Origin: an uncultured bacterium
GTDB lineage: Bacteria > Patescibacteriota > Minisyncoccia > UBA6257 > 2-01-FULL-56-20
NCBI GenBank assembly: GCA_963719425.1
Contig: OY970382.1
Span: forward strand, 244,862 to 308,861
Reading direction: 5' to 3'
Length of the DNA: 64,000 nucleotides
How positions within the stretch are numbered: position 1 is the first letter of the stretch; each line of letters begins with the position of its first letter. The notes under the pieces are model-generated. The model was not told the DNA's origin. It was given only the letters and a program-made list of their open reading frames with translations, and made no database searches. The translations under genes were made by a program, and so were the position numbers. Below are positions 12,001 to 20,620 of the stretch, one piece after another.

Positions 12001-15000
12001 TGTAGTTGCCGGTCGCGTCCGTGAAGGTCCAGGGATCAGTGGGGTAGCCCGCCGCGTCCGTGTGCGTCGTGCCCGTGAGATCAAGGCCGCTCAGGGCTTC
12101 GTCCAATACCCCTTTCGCGGTCCCGGTCGCGGTGTGGGCCGCGCCGTCAAACGGCACTGCGTAGGGCGTGACTATGATGGTCGGGTTGGCTTTGGTGATC
12201 GCGATCGCTACCGTGCCGCTCGCATCGTTGTAGTTGGTACCGCCCGTGAAGGTCCAGGAGGCGGTGCCGCCAGGAACGTTCGTGAAGGAAGCACCGAGAT
12301 CAAGCGAGGCCGCGAGGTCCGCACCGCCGATACCGGTCGCCGTCCCGGTCGCGCTGTGCGCCGCGCCATCGTAGACGCCGGTGTAGCCGGTGACATTGAT
12401 GGTCGCATCCACCTTGCCGATCGCGTCAGCCACCGTGCCGGTCGCGTTGTTGTAGTTGCCGGTCGCGTCCGTGAAGGTCCAGGGATCAGTGGGGTAGCCC
12501 GCCGCGTCCGTGTGCGTCGTGCCCGTGAGATCAAGGCCGCTCAGGGCTTCGTCCAATACCCCTTTCGCGGTCCCGGTCGCGGTGTGGGCCGCGCCGTCAA
12601 ACGGCACTGCGTAGGGCGTGACTATGATGGTCGGGTTGGCTTTGGTGATCGCGATCGCTACCGTGCCGCTCGCATCGTTGTAGTTGGTACCGCCCGTGAA
12701 GGTCCAGGAGGCGGTGCCGCCAGGAACGTTCGTGAAGGAAGCACCGAGATCAAGCGAGGCCGCGAGGTCCGCACCGCCGATACCGGTCGCCGTCCCGGTC
12801 GCGCTGTGCGCCGCGCCATCGTAGACGCCGGTGTAGCCGGTGACATTGATGGTCGCATCCACCTTGCCGATCGCGTCAGCCACCGTGCCGGTCGCGTTGT
12901 TGTAGTTGCCGGTCGCGTCCGTGAAGGTCCAGGGATCAGTGGGGTAGCCCGCCGCGTCCGTGTGCGTCGTGCCCGTGAGATCAAGGCCGCTCAGGGCTTC
13001 GTCCAATACCCCTTTCGCGGTCCCGGTCGCGGTGTGGGCCGCGCCGTCAAACGGCACTGCGTAGGGCGTGACTATGATGGTCGGGTTGGCTTTGGTGATC
13101 GCTGCAGTCGTTGTCGCTGTGTCGTTGAAGTTGTAGTTCGCCGCACTCGTTCCATTCAATATAATTCCCGTTACCGTGACGAGCTTCGCCGTGCCAGCAT
13201 TCGCGTCGGCAAATAATGCCGTGCCGCTTGCGGTCAGAAGGTCACCGTTCACGACGCCGTTCACCGTGAGATTGGCGGTCGCGTTCGTCGTGCCGTCGTA
13301 GACCTTATCGTGGCCGGTGGCCGAGACCGTGACCGAGGCCGCCGTGATGTTCAGTGTGCTTGTAACAAACGTCAGCGTGTAGTTGCCATTCAGGGCGAGA
13401 GTGCCCTGTTTGATAGCGTAAGCGCCGACGTTCTCGCCCGCATCGCGGATCAAGGCACCCGAAAAGGTATCACTTGCGATGAGTGTGCCGCTTGTGATCT
13501 GATAGGTCAAAGCCGGATCAACGGCGCCATATACCTTGGTCTTTGCGTCTGCTGTCACCGTAATCGCTCGCGGGATTACATTTACGGTGCGGACCACCGG
13601 AGTGGCGGCGTTGCCATGCGCGTCACTGACGTTATAGGTCACCGTGTACGCACCGAGCTGATTAATATTAACAGTACTCGTCGTAACGATGTGCGTGGTA
13701 AGGTCGCCGTCTATGTTATCAAGTGCGGTAGCGCCCGCGTCTACATAGGGAGTTCCCACTTCAGTGTTCACGGTGCTTGAGCCGATGAGTGTGATGACCG
13801 GCGGAGTGGTGTCATTTATATTTATGTATTGCGCCATCACGTCATGGATGGTGTCCACGCCGATCTGGCCGTTTCCCGTTCCCTTTTTGCCATTCAGATA
13901 GTCCACGGTGTCTTGGAGCACGGCCTGCGTCGTGCCATCCACTTCGGTGGCAAGCGGAGCAGTAGAGGTCTCTATCTGGTGGAAAAGTAGAATGAGCCAA
14001 ACCTTGTTCGCTGCTGCGTAATCAATCCATGAGTGTATCGTGTTCGTCGCAACCGATGCGTCAACAACTTGAACTTGGAGCGCATACGGATCGGTGTTTT
14101 TCAAGTTGTAACCCTGGATGACGCTGCGTCCGGCGGCGAAGTTATCAGCACTCAAAAGCCCTTCTATACTAGTGTTTCCCGCGCCTGAGCCGTAAGGATA
14201 CGCAAATGTGTCAACGGGCGTCACGCCTATGTCAGTGAGGGCGGTCTTGGATCCGTCTATCTGATCTTGGGCCGTTGACGGCGCTGGAAGCGGGTTATCG
14301 GGGCAGCCGACCGTTGTCATTGCCGAGTTGGGGTCATTGAAGAGCTGAACAAGGTCGCAGTGGTCTTCTGTGTGCGAACCGATTTCTTCTCCGTATGTGT
14401 TCTGGAGCGAGAGTACGCTTGAGGTGCTCATAAAGCTTAAATCTGGATCGTCAGGGCTGTTGAGCATCGCGTTGGTGATGATATAGAACGTTCCATGAAG
14501 ATGGGCGGCGTACAGCACCGGCACCGCATTGTCGAATTGCGATTGCCAACCATCGTCAAAAGTGAGCGAGACCAGTCCTTGGGGGAAAAGGTACGCACCC
14601 GGCTCTGCCACCAGGGTAAGCGAATAATTAGTAGTTGCGAGCGATCCATTGCCGCTGATGAAGTGATAGACCGTGACCGAAACAGCGTTCGGGGGCGCAG
14701 TAAACTGCTGCGTGGCGCTCGTCCATACACCGCCCGTCGAAGGAAGTGTGGCAAGGATGGGATATGTATTGGAGTTATCAGCGAGGGTGTATTCCGCAGC
14801 CAGGTAGCTCGTGTTTGTTGAGTTGTACCAGTCGGAGAACGAGTAGGTTGCGCCGCCTGTTATCGCCACGTGGTCAAAATACCAATCTGCGGCGCCATCC
14901 ACGTAGTTAGAGACGGAAACCTCGGCGGCTTTGTCTCCCGGATTCGGTCCGGCGAGCAGCGGGTAGCTGAATATTCTTGTGTTGTTGCCGTAACCGCCCT

Positions 15001-17881
15001 GATGCCAATAATCGGGATTGCTGGCTGATACCGTCGCGTCCAGCATGTTCGGATTCTGGATAAGGTTCGCTACTGCTGCGCTCACCGTGATGGTGTAGCC
15101 CTGCGTTGAGGATGTCAAACCGACAGTTGCTTTTATGGTGAAGTTGAATACTCCGGTCACACTTGGGGTTCCGGCGATGGAGGTTGTGGGGCCCGTGGCA
15201 GAAGTGAGCGAAAGCCCGTTAGGCAATGCGCCGGAAGTGAGTGTCCACGAAATCGTCCCCGTCGCCGCGGTTGTTGCCGTAAGCGTTTGCGCGTAGGGAG
15301 CGTCGATTGTGCCGTTCGCAAGCTCGGTCGGGCTGATGCCGAGCGGAGGCGGGACGAAAGTGTTCGTTATCGTACACGTGACCGTGCTCGTGCCCATCGT
15401 GCCCGTGCACGAAGCGGAGGGTGACACCGTGTAATATTGGGAGTTCGTGGTCGTTGCTTCAGCCACGCGGTATGTGTCGCCGACATTCAGCGTATAACTC
15501 TGCGTGCTTGAAGCAGAGCCGTTGAATACTGTTGTTGAGCCGTTCTTCAAAACGGTCAGGATGAAATCCCCATAGGTTGCGGAACCACTCGTACTGTTCA
15601 CGAGATTTACAACAAGCGTTGCGGAACTTATTTTAGTGGAGGTCAGCGAGCCCGATCCGGTGTTTCCAGCCGCATCCGTTTGCGATACGGTCGCGGTCAG
15701 GGTTCCGTCGGGAAGCGTGCTCAAATTAAGAACTTTTGACCACGCGCTTGAAGCGCAGGTTGAGGTGGCGTTCACACTGCTTGAAGCGTTCGTCACTGCA
15801 AGTGAAACCGTAAGGCCAGTTTCGCAGGCGCCCGAAAGGGTTACGGCGGTATTATTCGCGTTCGTGACCGCCGGGAATGAAGTGACCGTAACGCTCGGGG
15901 CGGTGTTATCCACCGTAAAAGTCGTGCTTGGTCCGGCAGCTGGAGCAGTGTTGCCCGCGTTGTCGCTTGCCGTTCCTGCCGCGATGCTGATGCCGAGCGT
16001 GCCGTCCCCAGTGATCGATGAGATCGTGACCGTTCTCGTGCTGGTCCCCGAGCCGGTCACCGCTACGGTGCCGGTGGTCGTTCCCGTCTTATTCAAAGCC
16101 ACATTGGCGTTCACAAGGGTAACGGTATCTGCGCCGCCATAGGTGATGGTGTAGGTGATCGGTCCGCTCTTTGTGAGTGACGCAGAGGGTGAGCCGATGG
16201 TAACGGTCGGCGCCGTGTTGTCGATTTGAATTTGTCGGTTCGCCGAAATTTGTGAATTGCCGACGGCATCCGCCACAGTGACCGTAAGCTGTTTGGCGCC
16301 GTCCGCGCCACCATTCGTGATCGTAAGGATGCCCGTGCATTTCTGCGTGGTAGTGCTGTAGGTGATCGATCCGGTAAACGATGTTACCCCGCTTATCGCT
16401 GGATTACAGCTTGTGCCATTTGTTATTCCCGAACCGGTTTCGGTGATTGAAACATCCACCGAGGTTGTCGCATTGTTTTTATAGCGTGAGTCCGTCGCAG
16501 GGGAGTTGAAGGAGTATGACGGAGCAGTCGTGTCGGGAGTTACTGCCACTGCAGTGCCGGTGCCGGTATTTCCCGCGTTGTCCGTTCCGCGGACGTTGAT
16601 TGAGGTCGCTGCGGCAGTGTTTACTCCGCTTGCACTACAGCTGCCGGCCGAAAATGTCCCCGCCGTCCACGTAGTGCCACCATTTATAGTGTATTGGCAG
16701 GAAGCAACGCCGCTTCCGGAGTCGCTCACCGTTGCGGAGATGGTTGAGGTTCCCGAGATATATTTCGGAGAAGAGCCGCTCGTCGGGGTTATTGTGACTG
16801 TTCCAATGGTCGGGGCGGCGGTGTCAATCTTCGCGACATTCGTAGACGTGTAGGTCGCCGTGTTGCCAGCGTTATCTGAGATAAGATATTGATATTCGTA
16901 ACAATTGCTGTTCGCAACAGTGGTGTCGTTATAGGGGCTCGTGGAGGTTGTTACGAGATTCGCGAAAGAGCCGAATGTTCCGCAGGAACCGTTGCTCAAT
17001 GTCGCCGAAGCCCGCTGGATTTTCCCCGAAGCCGTGTTTATGCCGGAACCACTATCGGTCCCAAGCGTAAAGGTGACGGAAACCGAAGTCGTCGTGGCGT
17101 AACCGTTGAGGTATGAGATGGAACCGCCGGAAGGAGGCGTTGTATCTGGGCGCAATGCAATGAGCTGTGCTTCCCAGGCGTCATTAGCTGCTCCGCTTGC
17201 AGTCTTTGCGCCGCTTGCACCTGTCGCGGACTGGACAGCGTCAGCTGTCTCTTCGTTTGGTCCGCTTGACTGAGTCTGGTCAAAACGCTCCGTCATACCG
17301 GTTGGGGGCGTCATCGATCCACTGCTATCGCTTGCAAAAGCCGCAACAAGCAAATCGTTTGCGACGGTAGTCGTAACATTTGAGGCAGATGGCGAAGCTG
17401 AAGTCCCTGTATTACCGCTCGAAGTATCAACTGGATTTGAAGTGTCAACGCCCGTATAGCGGAGAATGCCACCACCTGCTCGGTTCCCATGCGATCCATA
17501 GTTAAGGGTCCACGCGAAAGTAGATCCCTCTGAGCCGGTTACCACATGATAATAAGTAGCCAACGCATTATTAGTTCCATTGTTCGTCCTTAGTATCAGA
17601 GTCCAGCCGGACGGTGGTGTAATTGTGTCGTCGCTCCCACCATGGGCAGCAATGGTGGCGATGAGGATGTCGCCAGCTGCAGTGGATGCTGGCTTTGAAA
17701 TCGTGAGCGTGGTATTTGTGGTTGTCGCGTTCGCTTCCGTCCCGAAACTGATTGCTGCAAAGGCTTGTGGCACAACAAGTAGCATCCCGAGCGCCACCGC
17801 CGAACTGATTTTTATTAAATTTGTTTTTTGGAAAATGTTTTTCACTGATCTTTTATTTTTTATTTTTGTTTCTATTTTCAT
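6056..17881 (-). CDS. giant secreted cell-surface protein (3,941 aa)
   Basis: Signal peptide (KISSAVALGMLLVVPQAFAA). NodB motifs LVSLTFDDGW ... SHTEDH. DUF5011-like Ig domain (TPPVITLIGSSTVN...YNVSDAHGNAA). About 16 MBG/YDG domains (KVYDGTTNA...; YTGVYDGAAHSATG). Repeated He_PIG-like modules (LPDGIT ... ISGTPT). An FN3-like domain (TSVTITWTT ... GTTYYLRSV). A Gly9 run. C-terminal PG_binding_1-like domain (YFGDATKNAVIIFQ). Confidence 0.85.
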   Translation of the reverse strand: MKIETKIKNKRSVKNIFQKTNLIKISSAVALGMLLVVPQAFAAISFGTEANATTTNTTLTISKPASTAAGDILIATIAAHGGSDDTITPPSGWTLILRTNNGTNNALATYYHVVTGSEGSTFAWTLNYGSHGNRAGGGILRYTGVDTSNPVDTSSGNTGTSASPSASNVTTTVANDLLVAAFASDSSGSMTPPTGMTERFDQTQSSGPNEETADAVQSATGASGAKTASGAANDAWEAQLIALRPDTTPPSGGSISYLNGYATTTSVSVTFTLGTDSGSGINTASGKIQRASATLSNGSCGTFGSFANLVTTSTSPYNDTTVANSNCYEYQYLISDNAGNTATYTSTNVAKIDTAAPTIGTVTITPTSGSSPKYISGTSTISATVSDSGSGVASCQYTINGGTTWTAGTFSAGSCSASGVNTAAATSINVRGTDNAGNTGTGTAVAVTPDTTAPSYSFNSPATDSRYKNNATTSVDVSITETGSGITNGTSCNPAISGVTSFTGSITYSTTTQKCTGILTITNGGADGAKQLTVTVADAVGNSQISANRQIQIDNTAPTVTIGSPSASLTKSGPITYTITYGGADTVTLVNANVALNKTGTTTGTVAVTGSGTSTRTVTISSITGDGTLGISIAAGTASDNAGNTAPAAGPSTTFTVDNTAPSVTVTSFPAVTNANNTAVTLSGACETGLTVSLAVTNASSSVNATSTCASSAWSKVLNLSTLPDGTLTATVSQTDAAGNTGSGSLTSTKISSATLVVNLVNSTSGSATYGDFILTVLKNGSTTVFNGSASSTQSYTLNVGDTYRVAEATTTNSQYYTVSPSASCTGTMGTSTVTCTITNTFVPPPLGISPTELANGTIDAPYAQTLTATTAATGTISWTLTSGALPNGLSLTSATGPTTSIAGTPSVTGVFNFTIKATVGLTSSTQGYTITVSAAVANLIQNPNMLDATVSASNPDYWHQGGYGNNTRIFSYPLLAGPNPGDKAAEVSVSNYVDGAADWYFDHVAITGGATYSFSDWYNSTNTSYLAAEYTLADNSNTYPILATLPSTGGVWTSATQQFTAPPNAVSVTVYHFISGNGSLATTNYSLTLVAEPGAYLFPQGLVSLTFDDGWQSQFDNAVPVLYAAHLHGTFYIITNAMLNSPDDPDLSFMSTSSVLSLQNTYGEEIGSHTEDHCDLVQLFNDPNSAMTTVGCPDNPLPAPSTAQDQIDGSKTALTDIGVTPVDTFAYPYGSGAGNTSIEGLLSADNFAAGRSVIQGYNLKNTDPYALQVQVVDASVATNTIHSWIDYAAANKVWLILLFHQIETSTAPLATEVDGTTQAVLQDTVDYLNGKKGTGNGQIGVDTIHDVMAQYININDTTPPVITLIGSSTVNTEVGTPYVDAGATALDNIDGDLTTHIVTTSTVNINQLGAYTVTYNVSDAHGNAATPVVRTVNVIPRAITVTADAKTKVYGAVDPALTYQITSGTLIASDTFSGALIRDAGENVGAYAIKQGTLALNGNYTLTFVTSTLNITAASVTVSATGHDKVYDGTTNATANLTVNGVVNGDLLTASGTALFADANAGTAKLVTVTGIILNGTSAANYNFNDTATTTAAITKANPTIIVTPYAVPFDGAAHTATGTAKGVLDEALSGLDLTGTTHTDAAGYPTDPWTFTDATGNYNNATGTVADAIGKVDATINVTGYTGVYDGAAHSATGTATGIGGADLAASLDLGASFTNVPGGTASWTFTGGTNYNDASGTVAIAITKANPTIIVTPYAVPFDGAAHTATGTAKGVLDEALSGLDLTGTTHTDAAGYPTDPWTFTDATGNYNNATGTVADAIGKVDATINVTGYTGVYDGAAHSATGTATGIGGADLAASLDLGASFTNVPGGTASWTFTGGTNYNDASGTVAIAITKANPTIIVTPYAVPFDGAAHTATGTAKGVLDEALSGLDLTGTTHTDAAGYPTDPWTFTDATGNYNNATGTVADAIGKVDATINVTGYTGVYDGAAHSATGTATGIGGADLAASLDLGASFTNVPGGTASWTFTGGTNYNDASGTVAIAITKANPTIIVTPYAVPFDGAAHTATGTAKGVLDEALSGLDLTGTTHTDAAGYPTDPWTFTDATGNYNNATGTVADAIGKVDATINVTGYTGVYDGAAHSATGTATGIGGADLAASLDLGASFTNVPGGTASWTFTGGTNYNDASGTVAIAITKANPTIIVTPYAVPFDGAAHTATGTAKGVLDEALSGLDLTGTTHTDAAGYPTDPWTFTDATGNYNNATGTVADAIGKVDATINVTGYTGVYDGAAHSATGTATGIGGADLAASLDLGASFTNVPGGTASWTFTGGTNYNDASGTVAIAITKANPTIIVTPYAVPFDGAAHTATGTAKGVLDEALSGLDLTGTTHTDAAGYPTDPWTFTDATGNYNNATGTVADAIGKVDATINVTGYTGVYDGAAHSATGTATGIGGADLAASLDLGASFTNVPGGTASWTFTGGTNYNDASGTVAIAITKANPTIIVTPYAVPFDGAAHTATGTAKGVLDEALSGLDLTGTTHTDAAGYPTDPWTFTDATGNYNNATGTVADAIGKVDATINVTGYTGVYDGAAHSATGTATGIGGADLAASLDLGASFTNVPGGTASWTFTGGTNYNDASGTVAIAITKANPTIIVTPYAVPFDGAAHTATGTAKGVLDEALSGLDLTGTTHTDAAGYPTDPWTFTDATGNYNNATGTVADAIAPSSITIALNSADLNQVYDGNPKTVGVTTNPDNLANIVTYDNATTTPVDAGTYAVAATITDPNYAGTATGTLVIAQASQTIAFAPLADVTIGDPDFSISATSTSGLAVTFTATSSDVCTISANTVHLMGPGSCMITAEQASDLNHEAAPNVPQTFTVNNAPNIITVNSADVAITGEVPDTATVGVPYAGAILTVSSTDTGVFNWTVSDLPDGITSIPTGNTLTISGTPTTPTSTTVSVTATNETNASTTVTQTYPLTVSDAPAITIATSSPDVAEVGVSFSQTFTASDSNATDTFTFGVAGLPDGFTSTSTPTTLTIAGTPTTTDSIVLNVNATSTLNVASAGSLTDTITVGNAPAISFITTSPLPDATVGIPYTATITATSTNPADTLTLSTSTPLPAWITSFAVNGDTATISGTPESADLGSSTVNMTATGANPASAPTAQDFSISVLAAPAVTITPPSLNATIGVSYSGNFTASDADASDTFNWNASGTIPGLTFTDGNLTGTPAATGTFPIDVTATNNTNGASTATQHFDFAVSNAPTITIVSGLTPDTATAETPYSATIVATSTDPADTLTWQIAGLPAWATSTPAGDTTTVSGTPHASDVGSSTINVSVNGSNVQSNVASKNYTLTVEAAAPTSTPSSTVTLTPPSGGFNDATVNVLYPAPATIHATNSANATDTFIFAITAGAIPTGMDVSTSSDGFSLSISGTPTATGTFNFSVNATSDSDNSQSASGDYSIKVVEAPASISTITISPAAGALPGTETDTSYSQTFTATNSGNASDTFNWNASGTIPGLNFADGLLSGTPTATGTFPLDITATSVSDGSLSTAQHYTLIISELPPPPPTPTSTLNVTVTVDNSAGGSATPSDFTVTIIGGHPSTSTFPGNASGTLVTVDEKMTYGANISSLTNYTVGNNGDCQGKTAPAGNSIPCAFTETFALPAPIISEQTSTNPTDTSVTITWTTDHPATSRVVYGTASVSDASSTAAGEPNYGYANSTDENAATTTDHSVTVSGLTPGTTYYLRSVSHGSPESVGNEITVTTTGSATQPGGNTGNGGGIVVTSGGGGGGGGGTGYYPPTITTGGGQVLGASTTNPGVLLQLLQSLMQQLIALEKKLVTQQLKDASCSAQFNQNLSQGMNNADVKMLQTVLNMSDLTQVAQSGVGSPGNESTYFGDATKNAVIIFQNIFADEILAPNGLTSGNGYVGSATRSVLNQLCSQ
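9790..13101 (-). repeat. about 7.4 nucleotide-identical tandem copies of a 450-bp unit (150 aa, two MBG/YDG domains) inside the giant gene
   Basis: Identical sequence lines recur every 450 bp. Identical shadow ORFs fall at 9958, 10408, ..., 12658. Only the edge copies differ (e.g. cggt vs cagt at 9788 vs 10238). Confidence 0.9.
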
Positions 17882-18172
17882 TTTTATTTTTTGATTTTAG
17901 ATTTGATGTGATGTTATTCCCGACCCTTTCTTTTTGACTGCACCTGGAACATAAGAGGATTCGGCGGAGGAGATATGCACATGCCTCCTCTATGGACGCC
18001 GAAAAGCTCCCACAGAGGAGAGTTCCTGTATTGGCCACTTTCTGTGCCCTGGAAGGCCCGTAAATCCACACTCTTCATGGTTAATGATGGCCGTTTTAAT
18101 GCTCCTTTAATTTGCGGGGAGAATAGCATATTACAAGAAGGCGTGTCAAGGGCACTAAAACAGGAGCGAATG

Positions 18173-18202
18173 AAAAACCTCACTCGCACGAATGAGGTTT
18201 TT
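18173..18202. terminator. bidirectional intrinsic terminator (AAAAACCTCA-ctcgcacgaa-TGAGGTTTTT)
   Basis: A-tract/T-tract flanked hairpin 17 bp downstream of the GT2 gene stop. Separates the glycan operon from the giant gene promoter region. Confidence 0.45.
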
Positions 18203-18218
18203 CATTGCGGTGGGTAAT

Positions 18219-19610
18219 TTAAACCGCTCTCCTCGTCGGGCTAATCCACTGTCCGGAAGATTTGGTCAACAACGCCTTAGGCATCGCTCCCAGAAATGCC
18301 AGCGCGTCAAAAAAACGCACCAAAGGAAACGCGAGGCCTAACAATAAATATTGCGGTCTTCTTCGGGCTGCGATTAAGGTCATTAAATAATCGGGCAGCA
18401 AGACCGCGAACAGGACAATTCCGAGCAAAACCTTGGAAACTGCCGGGAAAGCAAAAAGAATCGAAAGACCTGCTGAGTGCTGTATTGTGATTTGGCCGGA
18501 AAAAATTATAAAGAGCAAAGCAAACGGCAGCAGTAAAAATGCTAAGCTAGCCAAAAATGTTTCCAGCAAAGTTATGCAAAGTGCGGCCCAGAATTTGCTT
18601 GGCCAAAAACCGTGCAAACGGATAGTTTGCCAAAATCCCAAATACCACCTTTTTACCTGACGGTAATAATCGCGCAAATTATCAGGATCCTGGGTATGAG
18701 CGATTATGCTGGGGTGGTGGGCTATGATCCCGAGGTGTTTATGGTGCAATTCAAACGTCATATTAAAATCTTCTATCACGGGCCCTTGCGGGTTCATATT
18801 CATTTTTTCCAGGACGGATGTCCGGTAAATACTGGCAAAGCCCGGCACTATGGGCGTAACGTTGGTATGCCGCCATGTCTGGCCGAATTTAATGAGGATC
18901 TGGCTTAGAAAATAGACCCGGTCTCTATGCGCCAGAAAAAGCATCTGCCGCCACGACTGCTTTTTTGGGTCCCATATTGTCCGCGCGTAACCGGCCACGG
19001 CAGCGACTTCTGGGTCGCGGAAAAAAGGCAGCGCGTTTTCCAGATAATCATTTTTGAGGCGCGTATCCGCATCCACAAACAATACGGCTTTGTAGGCATG
19101 ATATAAATTAAAATGCCTTAAACATTCTTCCAACGCGCCGGCTTTGCCGTGAGAGGCCTCCAGGTTCAGCACCTGAACATTAAAACTTTGGGCAATGGTT
19201 ACGGTTGAGTCTGTCGAGCCGTCCGAGACGACGAACAAATTTTTTGCGGGTACAATTTTTAAAAGCGCGTTCAAGGTGTCAGCAATGACCAGTTCCTCGT
19301 TGTGCGCCGGCACCAAGACCGCCACCTCGTCATGCGTAATACTTGGAGGTTCGTCCATCCCATCTTGTTTAGTCGGGGCTTTTTGAAAAAAAGTTTCGAA
19401 AATCAGCCTCGTGAGACCAATAGTGCCCCAAACAAAAAAATTTATTCCCCACGTAAGCACTATACCCAGCAGTAGCCACCAGATGTGCGCCCCCCTGCAA
19501 AAAAAAGAGCCGACTTGGCTTAAAACCGGCAATAAAACAGCCCCAAATCCAAACGGCCAACCTGAAATATGGTAATAGTATGAGATATGGGAAATAAAAG
19601 AATTAAACAT
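18219..19610 (-). CDS. integral-membrane family-2 glycosyltransferase (synthase-type, TM helices at both ends)
   Basis: GT2 motifs VLVPAHNEELVIADTL, VSDGSTDST, DADTRL and a QxxRW-like region (RQVKRWYLGFWQ), with N- and C-terminal TM bundles like HAS/Cps3S/PgaC-type synthases. Confidence 0.8.
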   Translation of the reverse strand: MFNSFISHISYYYHISGWPFGFGAVLLPVLSQVGSFFCRGAHIWWLLLGIVLTWGINFFVWGTIGLTRLIFETFFQKAPTKQDGMDEPPSITHDEVAVLVPAHNEELVIADTLNALLKIVPAKNLFVVSDGSTDSTVTIAQSFNVQVLNLEASHGKAGALEECLRHFNLYHAYKAVLFVDADTRLKNDYLENALPFFRDPEVAAVAGYARTIWDPKKQSWRQMLFLAHRDRVYFLSQILIKFGQTWRHTNVTPIVPGFASIYRTSVLEKMNMNPQGPVIEDFNMTFELHHKHLGIIAHHPSIIAHTQDPDNLRDYYRQVKRWYLGFWQTIRLHGFWPSKFWAALCITLLETFLASLAFLLLPFALLFIIFSGQITIQHSAGLSILFAFPAVSKVLLGIVLFAVLLPDYLMTLIAARRRPQYLLLGLAFPLVRFFDALAFLGAMPKALLTKSSGQWISPTRRAV

Positions 19611-20619
19611 TTTGTTCCGCTACTTCTTGCCCCGCCATAAAACCAGGCTTGGCTGAGGTCTTACCCATTTCGACAATGCGGTATTTAAACGCCTCCAAGG
19701 TCTGCTTGAGGCCATGCTTTAAGTCGATCTTGCTTTTCCAGCCCAAAGCTTGGATTTTTTGTAGGTCCGGCAAACGGCCCGAGTGGTCGTGGGCGGCTCT
19801 GGGAATGATAGTGATCTTGCTGGAAGAATTAGCCAAGCCAACTATTAAAACAACCAAGTCTTTTATTTTAATCGGTTGGTTGCTGCCTAGATTGTATACC
19901 TGTCCTGGCACGCCCTTTTCCATGATAATTTCAAACCCATCTAATATATCTTCCACGTAGCATAAGGTTCTGCTCTGCTCCCCGTCTCCATATAGGGTGA
20001 TGGGAAGATTGTTTAAAGCTTGCCATCCGAAGCGGGGCACCACGCGCATATCGGAAAAAGACATCCTCGGGCCATAGGCATTGAACAGTCTGACGATTTT
20101 AGCGTTAAGCCCATAGCGGCGCACGAACCAAGCCACCAAAGTTTCGGAAAAACGCTTGCCTTCTTCATAGTTGGCGCGCGGCCCGGTTGGGTCGACATTT
20201 CCTTCATAGCTTTCCTTTTGTGGAGAGACTAAGGCCTCTCCGTAAATTTCCGAACTGCTGGTAAAAAGCAATTCCGAGCCATGGTCAAGCGCCAGTCTTA
20301 ACACCTGCCAAGTGCCGGTGCTTGATGCCTGCAGCATTTCTTCGCCCAAAACTTGGATGTTCGGCACGCCTGTGGGACAGGCCAGATTGTAAATGCGCTG
20401 GAACTTAACCTTAGCGGCGGAGCAGAAGCCCAAAAATTGCGGGGTTTCTATGCCGCATTGGCCAAAAGAAAAATTAGGATATTTTTTCAAAAACTCAATG
20501 TTTTGCAGATCACCGGTGAGCAGGTTATCAACACCCCAGACGGTATGCCCCGCCCGAAGCAAGCGCTCGCATAAGCTTGAGCCCAAAAACCCTGCTGCCC
20601 CCGTAACGAGAATATCCAT
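19603..20619 (-). CDS. NAD-dependent epimerase/dehydratase, UDP-glucuronate decarboxylase (UXS)-like
   Basis: Rossmann GAAGFLGS and SDR-extended family features. Adjacent to a UDP-sugar dehydrogenase. Confidence 0.75.
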   Translation of the reverse strand: MDILVTGAAGFLGSSLCERLLRAGHTVWGVDNLLTGDLQNIEFLKKYPNFSFGQCGIETPQFLGFCSAAKVKFQRIYNLACPTGVPNIQVLGEEMLQASSTGTWQVLRLALDHGSELLFTSSSEIYGEALVSPQKESYEGNVDPTGPRANYEEGKRFSETLVAWFVRRYGLNAKIVRLFNAYGPRMSFSDMRVVPRFGWQALNNLPITLYGDGEQSRTLCYVEDILDGFEIIMEKGVPGQVYNLGSNQPIKIKDLVVLIVGLANSSSKITIIPRAAHDHSGRLPDLQKIQALGWKSKIDLKHGLKQTLEAFKYRIVEMGKTSAKPGFMAGQEVAEQNV

Positions 20620-20620
20620 G

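Noticed and set aside
9790-13101. CRISPR array or IS element as an explanation for the perfect repeats
   Set aside because: The units are 450 bp, contiguous with no spacers, and in-frame protein-coding (MBG/YDG domains). No cas or transposase genes occur in the window.
9812-13216. 1,134-aa plus-strand ORF and the series of identical 108-aa minus-strand ORFs (9958, 10408, ..., 12658) across the repeat array
   Set aside because: They are off-frame or antisense shadows of the giant gene's 450-bp repeats. Their Arg/Ala-rich low-complexity translation and exact 450-bp periodicity are artefacts of repeating GC-rich DNA.
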